DNA from: Bacteroidales bacterium UBA6267
Lineage (GTDB): Bacteria > Bacteroidota > Bacteroidia > Bacteroidales > UBA1556
Assembly: GCA_002440745.1 (NCBI GenBank)
Contig: DJVB01000008.1
Span: 17,070-81,069 of the forward strand
Direction: 5' to 3'
Length of the DNA stretch: 64,000 nucleotides
Position numbers and translations under genes: made by a program. This document shows positions 28,113 through 38,392 of the stretch, piece by piece (positions within the stretch are counted from its first letter, which is position 1; every line of letters starts with the position of its first letter). The notes under the pieces were generated by a model, which was given only the letters and a program-made list of their open reading frames with translations, searched no databases and was not told the origin of the DNA.

Positions 28113-29780
28113 TTATTCTTGTTTTAGAATTTTTTCTGAGAATATTCCCATGGGAGTTTCAATTCTAAAAATATATAAGCCGTTGGTAAGATCTGCATTT
28201 TCTGTAACTTCAATCAATTGGTGTCCTGTGAATAATTTATGTGTTTTTTCATAAACAATCTTGCCATTTGTATCTATAATGCTTAACTTAATATCTTGAA
28301 TTTCAATAGGATTAGCAATTATGTAAAATGTTGAAGAAAAAGGATTGGGTATTATCTTAAAAGGAAATTCCTCCGGTTCAGTTATAGTTTGTCCTTTGAG
28401 AATCAGGTCGGCTGCTATGAAATTTGGAATTCCAAATCCCATTAACGAATCAGGATTACGATATCGGGATGAGCTTAAAAGGAGTGCTTCTCTAATTTGT
28501 TTAGCGGTTTTTGAAGGATTTGACTGTACTAAAACAGCTATTCCTCCGGCGATTGTGGGAGTAGAAAACGAGGTGCCGTTGCCGTTGAAAACCTGATCAT
28601 TTGTGCCAATAAGCGCTGTGCCTTTGCCAACGGCAGTAATGTCTGGTTTTATGCGTCCATCAACTGCATGGCCGTGACTGCTTAAGGTGGCATAACTGCC
28701 TTTGGAATCGGTTGCTCCAACTGTCAAAACATCCACTCCATCAGCGGGAAAGCCTATCTTCCTCCATGAACCATTTCCGTCGTTTCCGGCAGATGTAACT
28801 ACTATGATTCCTTTGCTTGCCGCCGTTGAAGCTGCCTTGCTCACAAGGGTCGTTTTTCCATCGAGTTGTTGGTGATTATGATTAAGAATGGTATCGTCGA
28901 AAGTGGTATAGCTTAAGGATGAGGTAATTATGTCGGCTCCACAGCTATCGGCAATTTCTGCACCAACCAACCAAAAATACTCCTCAACCGGATATTCCGA
29001 ACCCACGTCTTCAGTGCGTAATAAAATGAAATCGGCCATAGGTGAAGTGCCCAAATATTTTTGTCCAAGATAACCGGCCATAGTGCTCAGAACATGAGTC
29101 CCATGAGTGCTCTCCAAATACGGATCATTTCCTTTTTCAACGATATCGCCGGCTAAAATAATTCCACTTCTATCGAAAAGATGATGAAAAGAAGTCATGG
29201 TATTGGCCGATTTGAATCCGGCGTCTAAAACAGCAATCCTGACATTTTCGCCAAAATAACCACTTTCATGGAGTGGTTTGATTCCAATCAGTTCTATTTG
29301 TTCAGTGGCTAAACCATATTCTGAGTTGAAAGAAAATGCTTCAGATTCAGCAGATTGGTTATCTTTACTTTGCCTCTTTCTCTTGGTTTTTGTCACATTT
29401 TTAAGCCCTAAATACTCCATGTTTTTTACAAAATCTAATGATAGTATGCTGTCAATTGACGCCGAATCGGTTAGGAGAATTAGGGCAGAGTTCTGCCATT
29501 TTGAACTGTATTTAACTTGTCCAAACTCATTCAATTTAATAAGATATTGCTGATTAACAGGTAAATCGGTTGAATCTAAAGGAATTTGATTTTTTTGTCT
29601 ATTAGTTAGAGCTCGTTCTGAAAGAAATTCTAATGGTTTGTTAATTTGGTAGTTAGTGTTATTTTTATCTTTCAAATACACGGAATACCAAAAAGAATTT
29701 GATTGAGATTGACCAATCCATGAAAAAAATACGAGGCTGATTGTAAAAATAGTCCGGTTGAGTAACATATTAAGGTTCAA
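28113..29780 (-). CDS. S8 (subtilisin-family) serine peptidase with T9SS C-terminal domain
   Basis: Catalytic triad contexts AVLDAGF, HGTHVLST, GTSFSTPTIAG. CTD FKIIPNPFSS..GLYIFRIETPMGIFSEKILKQE. Confidence 0.85.
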   Translation of the reverse strand: MNLNMLLNRTIFTISLVFFSWIGQSQSNSFWYSVYLKDKNNTNYQINKPLEFLSERALTNRQKNQIPLDSTDLPVNQQYLIKLNEFGQVKYSSKWQNSALILLTDSASIDSILSLDFVKNMEYLGLKNVTKTKRKRQSKDNQSAESEAFSFNSEYGLATEQIELIGIKPLHESGYFGENVRIAVLDAGFKSANTMTSFHHLFDRSGIILAGDIVEKGNDPYLESTHGTHVLSTMAGYLGQKYLGTSPMADFILLRTEDVGSEYPVEEYFWLVGAEIADSCGADIITSSLSYTTFDDTILNHNHQQLDGKTTLVSKAASTAASKGIIVVTSAGNDGNGSWRKIGFPADGVDVLTVGATDSKGSYATLSSHGHAVDGRIKPDITAVGKGTALIGTNDQVFNGNGTSFSTPTIAGGIAVLVQSNPSKTAKQIREALLLSSSRYRNPDSLMGFGIPNFIAADLILKGQTITEPEEFPFKIIPNPFSSTFYIIANPIEIQDIKLSIIDTNGKIVYEKTHKLFTGHQLIEVTENADLTNGLYIFRIETPMGIFSEKILKQE

Positions 29781-30465
29781 TGCTTAAAATGGTGTAAACG
29801 TATTTATATCCTTTTTTCCAACTTCCATTGGTGCTTTTTTCAATTGCAACGACTTCTTGCATTATCAAACCGGTATGTTTGCTATAAATTTCTTTGTGAA
29901 AATCCTTTCCAATAAGGGTTTCCAAATCTTGATGGATGATGGTTAAAGTTGAATCGAAATTGAAATTATTTAAGGTTAATGGCTCATCAAATTCACTATA
30001 ATAGCTGTTGGTTGAGTTTAAAATATTCATGGCATTCATGTCCCACTGAATGGAATTATTTATAGGAAAAACCATCTTAATAAATCGAATATTCTCTTCT
30101 AACAATTCTACTCGAACCGCAGTTTTTGTGATAGCGTAGTTCTTTCTAAATTCCCAAGAAGTTGTATCGGTTCTATAGTATTTACGGTAGTAATAAGACT
30201 CACGGCCTTCATCATCAATGAATTTTTCGCCAATTTGAAATTTAATGAAATAGCTGAAAGTGTCGATTTTAACCGGTGTAAAAAAATCATTCCAAGTAAT
30301 GGAGTCAACTTTGTAAATAATGGCTTTGTCGGGATTAATAGGAAAATATTGGTCGTAATTATTGGTTATCAGCAGCGTTTCTTCTTTCTTGCATCCGGTA
30401 ACAAGTAGTAGAAAAAAGGCACCGATAAGTACTATTCGGCTTGAAAATATGGTAAATGTCTTCAC
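29770..30465 (-). CDS. Hypothetical lipoprotein
   Basis: Lipobox LLLVTGC after a signal peptide. No family recognised. Overlaps the S8 peptidase gene start by 11 nt. Confidence 0.45.
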   Translation of the reverse strand: MKTFTIFSSRIVLIGAFFLLLVTGCKKEETLLITNNYDQYFPINPDKAIIYKVDSITWNDFFTPVKIDTFSYFIKFQIGEKFIDDEGRESYYYRKYYRTDTTSWEFRKNYAITKTAVRVELLEENIRFIKMVFPINNSIQWDMNAMNILNSTNSYYSEFDEPLTLNNFNFDSTLTIIHQDLETLIGKDFHKEIYSKHTGLIMQEVVAIEKSTNGSWKKGYKYVYTILSIEP

Positions 30466-30588
30466 TGTAATTATAGTTTTTAAGGTTTTAAACTTTACAC
30501 AAAGAGCGACTTGTTTGGTTCAACAATCTGATTTTGATGTCAACCGGCTGCAAAGATAGGATTAATCAATCAATGAAACAATAGAATC

Positions 30589-31509
30589 TTAATCGGTAAA
30601 TAAAGCCTGTGAATTTTGTTTTTTCGAAAACCAAAAAACTATTCCAACAATAGCTAAAAGGTTGATTAGATAGATATAGTTTGGCGTATTATTGCCAATC
30701 GTGTCGGGGTTTGAGTGGATAAGTTGGGCATTAAACAAATAGTAAACGGTTACTGTGAGGCCATTATTCAGGAAATGAACAAAGATGGGAATCCATAGGT
30801 TTTTTGACCAAAAGTAAAGGTAGCCTAAGACGATTCCGAGAAAAAGTCGCGGTAGAAAACCAAAAAACTGAAGATGTAAAGCGCTGAAAAGTATGCTGAC
30901 TAAAAAGATATTTAGATGGATATTTTTGATTTTCTTAGCGAAAACCTTCATCAAAAAACCTCTGAATACGAATTCCTCACCAAGAGCCGGCAAAATAGCA
31001 AAGATGAAAAGATTGAAAAAATAGGTGCCAAATTTTTCGGTTGAAAGCAATGCTTCAGTAACTTCTTTTGCGTTCTGCTCTGACTCAATCATCCAGTTTT
31101 CAATAGATTTCAAAAAATCAGGAAGAATCATTTTCATGTTCCATTCATATAGAAGCCCAATAAATGGTAAACTTAAAATCAAGAGAAAAAAGGACATGAT
31201 AAGCTGTTGTATGTCAGGGCTTTTATCAATATGGTAATATTTTTTTATCGAGCTATTTGTAAGATAAACGAAAAATAATGCCGGAACTAAAAATAGCCCC
31301 AGATGACTACCTGTTTGAATTATCCTCATAGCGGCATGAGAATTTGGGTCGCCAATTTGAAAAGTAGTTGTAAGGTCTTTCCCAAAAATGAGTATCGAAA
31401 TAACCATTGAAACTCCACTAAATGCAATGGCAAAAACCAACATTAGCGAAACGAAGGTTAAGATTTGTTTCCAAGGGTTATCTTGATTAAAAAGAAAATT
31501 AGGTTTCAT
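30589..31509 (-). CDS. CPBP-family intramembrane glutamic endopeptidase (CAAX protease-like)
   Basis: Motifs GEEFVFRGF, FSALH and FVHFLNN in a polytopic protein. The internal ATG (MKPNFLF) is preferred over the track start at 31560. Confidence 0.7.
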   Translation of the reverse strand: MKPNFLFNQDNPWKQILTFVSLMLVFAIAFSGVSMVISILIFGKDLTTTFQIGDPNSHAAMRIIQTGSHLGLFLVPALFFVYLTNSSIKKYYHIDKSPDIQQLIMSFFLLILSLPFIGLLYEWNMKMILPDFLKSIENWMIESEQNAKEVTEALLSTEKFGTYFFNLFIFAILPALGEEFVFRGFLMKVFAKKIKNIHLNIFLVSILFSALHLQFFGFLPRLFLGIVLGYLYFWSKNLWIPIFVHFLNNGLTVTVYYLFNAQLIHSNPDTIGNNTPNYIYLINLLAIVGIVFWFSKKQNSQALFTD

Positions 31510-31562
31510 TGGCCGATTATTGCAAATTGGTATGACTAATATTTTGACTAACAAAGGCAAAA

Positions 31563-32597
31563 ATGATGTTTTTTTGCCGATTCAAAAGTAATATTTTTAC
31601 AGTGGTACGAATTGGAAATATTGAATTAGGCGCCAAACCTGTGATTTTGGCACCGATGGAGGACGTTACAGATTCTGCTTTTCGATTGATTTGTAAGGAG
31701 TTTGGTGCGGATTTGATGTACACCGAATTTATTTCTTCGGAGGGATTAATTAGGGATGCCTTCAAAAGCACTCGTAAATTGGATTTTGAAGAGGAAGAAC
31801 GACCTCTTGGAATCCAAATTTTTGGACACCAATTGGATTCGATGATTTCGGCGGCACGTGTGTCGGAAAGTTATAACCCGAATTTGATTGATATTAATTA
31901 TGGTTGTCCTGTTAAAAAGGTCGTAAGTAAGGGCGCAGGAGCAGCCTTTTTGCAGGATATTCCTCGCATGATGGCAATGACGAAAGCTGTGATTGATGCT
32001 GTGGATTTGCCCGTTACAGTTAAAACTCGTATCGGTTGGGATGAAAAGAATATAAATATTGTGGAAGTAGCTTTGCGAATGCAAGATATTGGAGCAAAGG
32101 CAATTGCTATTCATGGACGGACTCGTTCGCAACAATATACAGGTGAGGCAAATTGGGATGCAATTGGAATGGTTAAACAGCATCCTGATTTGGAAATACC
32201 GGTTTTTGGTAATGGAGATATAACCACTGCTGAGCGAGCTTTGGAAATGTTTGAAAAATATGGGGTTGATGGTGTAATGATAGGACGCGGAGCTATGGGA
32301 AATCCCTGGATTTTTTCACAAATCAAGGCTTTATTACATGGTCAAACATATAGCTTACCTAATATTAAGGAGAGAATAGAAGTTGCCAAAAAGCATTTTG
32401 AAAACTCTGAGAAAATCAAAGGAACTGATTTGACAGTTAGGGAAATGCGAAAACATTATGGTAATTATTTTAAAGGAATTCCTTATTTTAAACCTTATAA
32501 AATCCGACTTTTAACAGCTCCTGAAAAGTCATTAGTTTATGAAATATTGGATGAAATTGGCGAAAACTTATCCACAGAAATATCGGATGCTTTATGA
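31563..32597 (+). CDS. dusB: tRNA-dihydrouridine synthase
   Basis: LAPMEDVTDSAFR, DINYGCPVKKV, catalytic-region AIHGRTR, GNGDI. Confidence 0.85.
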   Translation: MMFFCRFKSNIFTVVRIGNIELGAKPVILAPMEDVTDSAFRLICKEFGADLMYTEFISSEGLIRDAFKSTRKLDFEEEERPLGIQIFGHQLDSMISAARVSESYNPNLIDINYGCPVKKVVSKGAGAAFLQDIPRMMAMTKAVIDAVDLPVTVKTRIGWDEKNINIVEVALRMQDIGAKAIAIHGRTRSQQYTGEANWDAIGMVKQHPDLEIPVFGNGDITTAERALEMFEKYGVDGVMIGRGAMGNPWIFSQIKALLHGQTYSLPNIKERIEVAKKHFENSEKIKGTDLTVREMRKHYGNYFKGIPYFKPYKIRLLTAPEKSLVYEILDEIGENLSTEISDAL

Positions 32598-33202
32598 GAA
32601 AAACAATCTTTTTAATAGTCACATTATTGAGCGTTATCTTTTTTAGTTGTCAAAAATCGGATAATGAGCATTTTATTGAGATTAAAGCATGGCAAGACAC
32701 TTTAAATATGGAGTTTTCTGATTCGGCAACCTCACCTCTCTTACCTGAGGATTTAGCAGTTTTTGAGGAACTTGAGTTTTACTCGATTGATAAGGATTTT
32801 TTGGTTGAAGCTGAGTTTATTCGCACGCCAACCGAGACTCCTTTTTTTATGCAAACAACTACAGACCGGCAGCCGGTTTATGTTAAATATGGTATGGCTA
32901 AGTTTACAATAAGAGGTGAAGAATGTGAACTGAATATTTATCAAAATGTGGAGCTAACCAAAAAGGCAGAGTTTGCCGATTATTTGTTCATTCCTTTCAT
33001 GGATGCAACTTCAGGTGTTACAAGCTATTATGGCGGTCGTTATATTGATTTGAAAATACCTGAAAGTGATAAAATCGTCATTGATTTTAATAAAGCTTAT
33101 AATCCTTATTGCGCCTATAACGATCGTTATTCTTGTCCGATTCCTCCAACTGAAAATCGCCTGACCGTTGATATAAATGCCGGAGTAAAGTCATTTCATT
33201 GA
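32594..33202 (+). CDS. DUF1684-family lipoprotein
   Basis: Lipobox FFSC. C-terminal AYNPYCAYNDRYSCPIPPTENRL is characteristic of DUF1684. Overlaps dusB by 4 nt. Confidence 0.7.
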   Translation: MRKTIFLIVTLLSVIFFSCQKSDNEHFIEIKAWQDTLNMEFSDSATSPLLPEDLAVFEELEFYSIDKDFLVEAEFIRTPTETPFFMQTTTDRQPVYVKYGMAKFTIRGEECELNIYQNVELTKKAEFADYLFIPFMDATSGVTSYYGGRYIDLKIPESDKIVIDFNKAYNPYCAYNDRYSCPIPPTENRLTVDINAGVKSFH

Positions 33203-33339
33203 AATATTTGCCTCTGAGCTTGCTGGTCAAAACCGCTTTCTTTTGATTATCTTCCTTTTACTTATTTAATTGTCGTGAATGGTATTAAAATTGCTATTTT
33301 CGCATCCTCTTATTCAGTTGCAATTTTAATTTTAATTTT

Positions 33340-34071
33340 ATGAAACGTATATTACTCCTTTTCACTCTTGCCTATTTCGGAACTTTAGTTGCGTTTGCTC
33401 AAAGTCTCAGTTTGTCTTATGAAACAACTCAATATGCCAATGGCGATATGATTACTTACACTTCCACAAGCACAGCATCTACGATTGTTAGTCACATGTG
33501 GGTTTCAAACAACTCAGCAAATGACGTTGTTGTTAGGGTTAAAAAAATTGAGTTGGACACCGTTCCCGGTTCTGAAAATTATTATTGTTGGACAAGCTGC
33601 TATTTACCAATGGTTTATGTAAGTGATACATTGACTATTAAAGCCGGTGAAATCAATAAAAGTCATTTTTCGGGAGATTATGATGCTTATGGAAATGCAG
33701 GAAAAACACGAATAATGTATGTTTTCTATAATGATGCTAATGTTAATGATTCTGTCGCATTTATTGCGGAATATAATGCTGGTTCTCAGGTGAGTTTTTC
33801 GACTGTTGAAGTTATGGATGTGGATATGAAAGTTTATCCTAATCCTGCACAAAATCATATTTTCGTTGATTACAGATTACCTTCCAAAAATACTTCTGCC
33901 ACCGTTCAGATTAGAAACGTTTTAGGTTCTGTGGTTCATCAGTCAATTTTGACTCAAAACAATGGAGTTGAAAGAATAGATGTGTCGAACCTCAAAGATG
34001 GTGTTTATTTCTATTCATTGATTATCAATGATGATGCGGTGGTAACAAGAAAGCTTTTAATAAGAAAGTAG
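33340..34071 (+). CDS. Secreted protein of unknown function with T9SS C-terminal domain
   Basis: Signal peptide. CTD VYPNPAQNHIFVDY..GVYFYSLIINDDAVVTRKLLIRK. Confidence 0.6.
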   Translation: MKRILLLFTLAYFGTLVAFAQSLSLSYETTQYANGDMITYTSTSTASTIVSHMWVSNNSANDVVVRVKKIELDTVPGSENYYCWTSCYLPMVYVSDTLTIKAGEINKSHFSGDYDAYGNAGKTRIMYVFYNDANVNDSVAFIAEYNAGSQVSFSTVEVMDVDMKVYPNPAQNHIFVDYRLPSKNTSATVQIRNVLGSVVHQSILTQNNGVERIDVSNLKDGVYFYSLIINDDAVVTRKLLIRK

Positions 34072-34097
34072 ATTTTTAAAAATATTCTATCTCGATT

Positions 34098-34126
34098 AGG
34101 CTGCCTTAAAAGGCAGCTTTTTTTTT
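34098..34126 (+). terminator. Rho-independent terminator
   Basis: GCTGCC-TTAAAA-GGCAGC followed by a 9-T run, 27 nt after the stop at 34071. Confidence 0.7.
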
Positions 34127-34159
34127 GCTGTTGTCTTAACGATTTATGCAAAGCCACCT

Positions 34160-34190
34160 AAAAAAAAACCTCCACTTATGCGGAGGTTTG
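34160..34190 (-). terminator. Rho-independent terminator immediately after tRNA-Gln
   Basis: Minus strand AAACCTCC-GCATAAGT-GGAGGTTT followed by a T-run of about 8. Confidence 0.7.
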
Positions 34191-34193
34191 TTG

Positions 34194-34266
34194 TTGCCCG
34201 ATCAGGGGTCGAACCTGAACTCTTCTGATCCAGAATCAGACGTGTTGCCAGTTACACCATCAGGCA
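34194..34266 (-). tRNA. tRNA-Gln (anticodon CUG)
   Basis: Hand-folded 73-nt cloverleaf. Acceptor TGCCTGA/TCGGGCA (U1-A72). D arm GTGT/ACAC with a GG loop. Anticodon arm TCTGA-TTCTGGA-TCAGA. T arm TCAGG-TTCGACC-CCTGA. No encoded CCA. Confidence 0.9.
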
Positions 34267-34275
34267 TTGAGCGCG

Positions 34276-34283
34276 CAAAAGTA
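34276..34283 (-). promoter_or_regulatory. Candidate -7 promoter box (TACTTTTG on minus strand) for tRNA-Gln
   Basis: Exact TAnnTTTG match 10 nt upstream of tRNA position 1. Confidence 0.5.
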
Positions 34284-34448
34284 TTGTATTTTTTTAATTC
34301 TTTGCTAAATTTTTTTTAAGAAAATCCTTTTAAGAAACATTCAGTTAATCTATCAGTTAGACTCTCTTAGGTTGAAAATCATGAGTTTTTATTATAAGTA
34401 TTACAGATATTTTTTCTTCAAATCTGTCGCAAAAGTGGTTAGTCGGGA

Positions 34449-35030
34449 TTATTTTTTGTAGAAATTCATTTCTTCGATAAACCTATAGACTTTAGCGGGC
34501 AAATAGTACTCGAAACTATGACCATCTTTGATTTCTTGACGGATAAAACTGGAAGAAATCTGCATCAGAGGTGCTTGAAAAAAGGTAATTCTCGGATGTT
34601 CGTTCCATTTTTGAGGGATAGAAGTATCGGGACGCAGATAAACATAAATATCATGGTTTTCAATTATTTGCTCATAATTTTTCCATTTATATAAAGTTTC
34701 CAAATTGTCGCTTCCCATAATCAGAACGAAATCGTATGAAGGATGCTTTTCGTGCAAAGCCGTGAGAGTGTGTATGGTATAAGAAGGCTGTGGCAGATGA
34801 AGTTCAATGTTAGAAACTTTGAAACGGCTATCGTCTTCGGTTGCCAACTGAACCATGTAGAGTCGTTGTCGGTCGTCGAGCAATGTGGCTTTGTTTTTAA
34901 GTGGATTATGAGGCGAAGGAACAAACCAAATTTCGTCCAAGGGGCTATGGTCAGCAAAATAGCTTGCAATTATCAGATGCCCAATATGGATTGGATTAAA
35001 GGACCCGAAAAATAATCCGACTTTTTTCAT
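34449..35030 (-). CDS. nadD: Nicotinate-nucleotide adenylyltransferase
   Basis: GLFFGSFNPIHIGHL (HxGH motif) and ISSSFIR near the C-terminus. Confidence 0.85.
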   Translation of the reverse strand: MKKVGLFFGSFNPIHIGHLIIASYFADHSPLDEIWFVPSPHNPLKNKATLLDDRQRLYMVQLATEDDSRFKVSNIELHLPQPSYTIHTLTALHEKHPSYDFVLIMGSDNLETLYKWKNYEQIIENHDIYVYLRPDTSIPQKWNEHPRITFFQAPLMQISSSFIRQEIKDGHSFEYYLPAKVYRFIEEMNFYKK

Positions 35031-35052
35031 CGTTAGTTCTAATTAATATTTC

Positions 35053-35622
35053 TTAACTCTTTGATATAAAATCATTTATTGTTATTATTGTTTTGGCGAT
35101 AGCTTCATCTAAATTGTCGTTTATAATAATGGTGTCGAATTGGGATGCGAATCCCAATTCAGTTTGAGCTTTTTGCAAACGTTTGTTTAAACTTTCGTCA
35201 TTTTCGGTGCCACGTCCGGTGAGTCGTTGGGTTAAAATTTCAACTGAAGGAGGCATCACAAAAAGGGCAAGTGCTTCATTGCCATATTTCTTCTTAATAT
35301 TCAGTCCTCCAACCACATCCACATCAAAAACTACATGATGCCCATTATTGCGAATGCGTTCCACTTCACTTTTCAAAGTTCCATAAAACTGGTTTTCGTA
35401 AACTTCTTCCCATTCAAGAAATGCATCTTGGGAAATCAAATCACGAAATTTCTCCGGAGAAAGAAAATAATAATCGACACCATCGGTTTCGTTTTCTCTT
35501 GGTTTTCGACTTGTTGCCGATACCGAAAAGGAAAATGATAAATCAGTTTGCATAATAGCTTTCACAAGGGTGGTTTTGCCGGCCCCTGAAGGTGCTGAAA
35601 AGATGATTAGTTTTCCTTTCAT
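35053..35622 (-). CDS. gmk: Guanylate kinase
   Basis: P-loop SAPSGAGKTTL, ATSRKPRENETDGVDYYF. Confidence 0.9.
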   Translation of the reverse strand: MKGKLIIFSAPSGAGKTTLVKAIMQTDLSFSFSVSATSRKPRENETDGVDYYFLSPEKFRDLISQDAFLEWEEVYENQFYGTLKSEVERIRNNGHHVVFDVDVVGGLNIKKKYGNEALALFVMPPSVEILTQRLTGRGTENDESLNKRLQKAQTELGFASQFDTIIINDNLDEAIAKTIITINDFISKS

Positions 35623-35625
35623 AAG

Positions 35626-36501
35626 TTACAGAATATTAAGTAATTGTTCTTTTATTTTCTCTAATTCATCCTTCATTTGAACAACCAATCTTTGCATTTC
35701 GGCATGGTTGGCTTTACTGCCTAAGGTATTGATTTCACGGCCAATTTCTTGGGTGATAAATCCTAATTTCCTTCCTTTTTCTTCTTCCTCATTGATTAGC
35801 GTTTCCGAAAAATAATCCAAATGCTTCTTTAAACGAATTTTTTCTTCGGTAATGTCCAATTTCTCAAGATAATAGACGATTTCTTGTTCGAATCTGTTTT
35901 GGTCTGAGTTTATGTTCAAATTGGCAATTTCGTTTTTTAATCGTTCTCTAACTCTTTGAATTCGCTCATCTTCATAGTGTTGAATTTCAACTAATAAATG
36001 GTTAATATTTGCTATTCTATGAAGAAAATCTTTCGAAAGAATTATTCCTTCTTCTTGACGAAATTGATCGAATAGAGTCAAAGCTTCCTGCGTTGCAATT
36101 CTGATTTGGTTTACTTCCTCTTCCGAAATTTCTTGGTCGTTAGTGCTTATAACTTCCGGTAAACGCATGGCTATGGATAGAATGTCTGGTGGTGTTTTGA
36201 AATTGCGATTTGAACTGACTTGCTCTAAAAAATCTAAATAGCTATTCAGAACATCCGCGTTAATTCGGGTTTTATCCATTGCATCAATATATTCAATGCT
36301 AATCAGACAATATACTTTTCCTCGTTTAACTAATTGATTGACAAGTGTTTTGAGCTCGACTTCCATTTGTGTAAAATTTGAAGGCAATTTCAATGTAATA
36401 TCAGCTTGTTTGCTGTTAAGTGATTTGATTTCAACAGAAACCTTCTTGTCAGTGAATGACTTGACTATCCGGCCATATCCGGTCATAGACTTTATAATCA
36501 T
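35626..36501 (-). CDS. yicC: YicC-family stress-induced protein
   Basis: N-terminal IKSMTGYGR and C-terminal EIGREINTLGSKAN..KEQLLNI, typical of YicC. Conserved yicC-gmk-nadD order. Confidence 0.8.
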   Translation of the reverse strand: MIIKSMTGYGRIVKSFTDKKVSVEIKSLNSKQADITLKLPSNFTQMEVELKTLVNQLVKRGKVYCLISIEYIDAMDKTRINADVLNSYLDFLEQVSSNRNFKTPPDILSIAMRLPEVISTNDQEISEEEVNQIRIATQEALTLFDQFRQEEGIILSKDFLHRIANINHLLVEIQHYEDERIQRVRERLKNEIANLNINSDQNRFEQEIVYYLEKLDITEEKIRLKKHLDYFSETLINEEEEKGRKLGFITQEIGREINTLGSKANHAEMQRLVVQMKDELEKIKEQLLNIL

Positions 36502-36673
36502 AATTTTAAATTTTCAAAGCAATTTAAGTGTGTTATTAAACGTCTTGTTCGAGACTTTGGCAAAAATACAGATAATTTCCTTTTACGAAAGTTTTGTGAA
36601 ATTGCTTTTTTTCTTCTATCACGATTGTAGCTTTAAGGCATAAATTAAATCTTTTATTTTGCTTTAATAATCC

Positions 36674-36681
36674 TATTTTTG
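36674..36681 (+). promoter_or_regulatory. Candidate -7 promoter box TATTTTTG for glnS-aspS
   Basis: Exact TAnnTTTG match 26 nt upstream of the glnS ATG. Confidence 0.45.
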
Positions 36682-36706
36682 CCGGTTCAAATAAATCTGA
36701 ATTTAT

Positions 36707-38386
36707 ATGGAGAATATTGAGCCTAAATCGCTGAATTTCATAGAGCAAATCATTGAAAAGGACCTTTCTGAAGGGAAAAATGGAGGTATCGTTTACACTC
36801 GATTTCCTCCTGAACCCAATGGATATTTGCATATTGGACATGCGAAATCAATCTGTTTAAATTTTGGTCTGGGGGCTAAATATCAGGGGCGCACCAACTT
36901 ACGTTTCGATGATACAAATCCTACCAAAGAGGAGGATGAATATGTACAATCAATTATGGAAGATGTACGTTGGCTTGGTTTCAAGTGGGAGGGAGAGCCT
37001 CGATATGCCAGTGATTATTTTGATCAGCTTTACAATTGGGCTGAGGATATGATTCAGCGTGGCTTGGCCTATGTTGACGACCAAACTGCTGAGGAAATAA
37101 GTGCTCAGCGTGGAACTCCTCAGAAACCGGGCATTTTTAGTCCATATAGAAATCGCTCTGTGGAAGAGAATTTAGATTTGTTTCGGCGAATGAAAGCCGG
37201 AGAATTTCCTGATGGAAGTCGCGTTTTAAGGGCAAAACTCGATATGGCCAGTCCGAATATGCAAATGCGCGACCCCGTTATGTATCGCATTCTTCATTCA
37301 TCTCATCATCGTACGGGTAACAAGTGGAGTATTTATCCTATGTACGACTATGCTCACGGCCAATCGGATTATTTGGAAGGCATCACCCATTCCATTTGCA
37401 CTTTAGAATTTGAGAATCACAAACCTCTATATAATTGGTTTTTGGATCAGGTAGCTGACCCAAATAATGTTCGTCCTCAACAGATTGAGTTTGCTCGCTT
37501 AAATCTTAGTTATACTATTATGAGTAAGCGGAAACTGCTTGAACTCGTTGAAAAAAAGATTGTTAGCGGATGGGACGATCCACGAATGCCCACTATTTCA
37601 GGCTTGCGCCGTCGAGGATATACTCCTGAATCTATTCGGAGCTTTGCGGACCGCATTGGTGTAGCAAAAAGGGATAACATAATTGATGTAGGTTTATTGG
37701 AATTTAGCGTGAGAGATCACCTAAATAAAGTGGCTCCTCGTGTATTTGCAGTTCTTGACCCGGTAAAGTTAACTATCACAAACTATCCTGAAGGAAGTTC
37801 GGAATGGTTAGAAATTGAGAACAACCCTGAAGACCCTCAATCCGGCAGCAGAAAATTAGAGTTTGGTGCGAATCTATTCATTGAGCGTGAGGATTTTATG
37901 GAAAATCCTCCAAACAAGTTTTTCCGTTTAGGCCCTGGACGTGAAGTGCGTCTTAAAGGTGCTTATATCATTAAATGTGAAGACTTTGTGAAAGATGCGA
38001 ATGGTAATATTTCCGAAATCCTTTGCACCTATGACCCAACGACCAAAAGTGGGGAAGGTGAGAGTCGAAAAGTAAAAGGTACGCTCCATTGGGTTAATGC
38101 CGATAAAGCAGTAGATGCCGAAGTGCGACTCTACGACCGACTTTTCAATGATGAAGACCCAGCAGGCCATAAGGATCAGGATTTTATTGAGTTTTTAAAT
38201 CCTGAATCTCTTAAAATATTGAATAACTGTAAATTAGAGCCAAATTTACTCAATGCTCTTCCTGAAGATAAATTCCAATTTCAACGATTGGGGTATTTCT
38301 GTGTTGATAAAAACTCCACTAAAGATAAAATGATTTTTAATCGTACAGTGCCTTTAAAGGATAGCTGGGCAAAACAGTCAAAATAG
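36707..38386 (+). CDS. glnS: Glutamine--tRNA ligase
   Basis: Class I motifs [14 protein letters not shown] and IMSKRK. GlnRS-type C-terminal anticodon-binding barrels (FQFQRLGYF). Confidence 0.9.
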   Translation: MENIEPKSLNFIEQIIEKDLSEGKNGGIVYTRFPPEPNGYLHIGHAKSICLNFGLGAKYQGRTNLRFDDTNPTKEEDEYVQSIMEDVRWLGFKWEGEPRYASDYFDQLYNWAEDMIQRGLAYVDDQTAEEISAQRGTPQKPGIFSPYRNRSVEENLDLFRRMKAGEFPDGSRVLRAKLDMASPNMQMRDPVMYRILHSSHHRTGNKWSIYPMYDYAHGQSDYLEGITHSICTLEFENHKPLYNWFLDQVADPNNVRPQQIEFARLNLSYTIMSKRKLLELVEKKIVSGWDDPRMPTISGLRRRGYTPESIRSFADRIGVAKRDNIIDVGLLEFSVRDHLNKVAPRVFAVLDPVKLTITNYPEGSSEWLEIENNPEDPQSGSRKLEFGANLFIEREDFMENPPNKFFRLGPGREVRLKGAYIIKCEDFVKDANGNISEILCTYDPTTKSGEGESRKVKGTLHWVNADKAVDAEVRLYDRLFNDEDPAGHKDQDFIEFLNPESLKILNNCKLEPNLLNALPEDKFQFQRLGYFCVDKNSTKDKMIFNRTVPLKDSWAKQSK

Positions 38387-38392
38387 TTAATT

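Noticed and set aside
31746-32183. 145-aa minus-strand ORF
   Set aside because: It is antisense to dusB, and the dusB frame carries clear family motifs.
34100-34450. tRNA-Gln as a possible integration hotspot or genomic island boundary
   Set aside because: There is no integrase, no duplicated tRNA 3-prime fragment and no compositional break on either side. The flanking genes are ordinary core genes.
36338-36841. Two mutually overlapping ~101-aa ORFs in the yicC / glnS divergent region
   Set aside because: They overlap each other and the real gene ends. They are AT-rich and low in complexity, and the region is better explained as a divergent promoter with a TATTTTTG box at 36674-36681.
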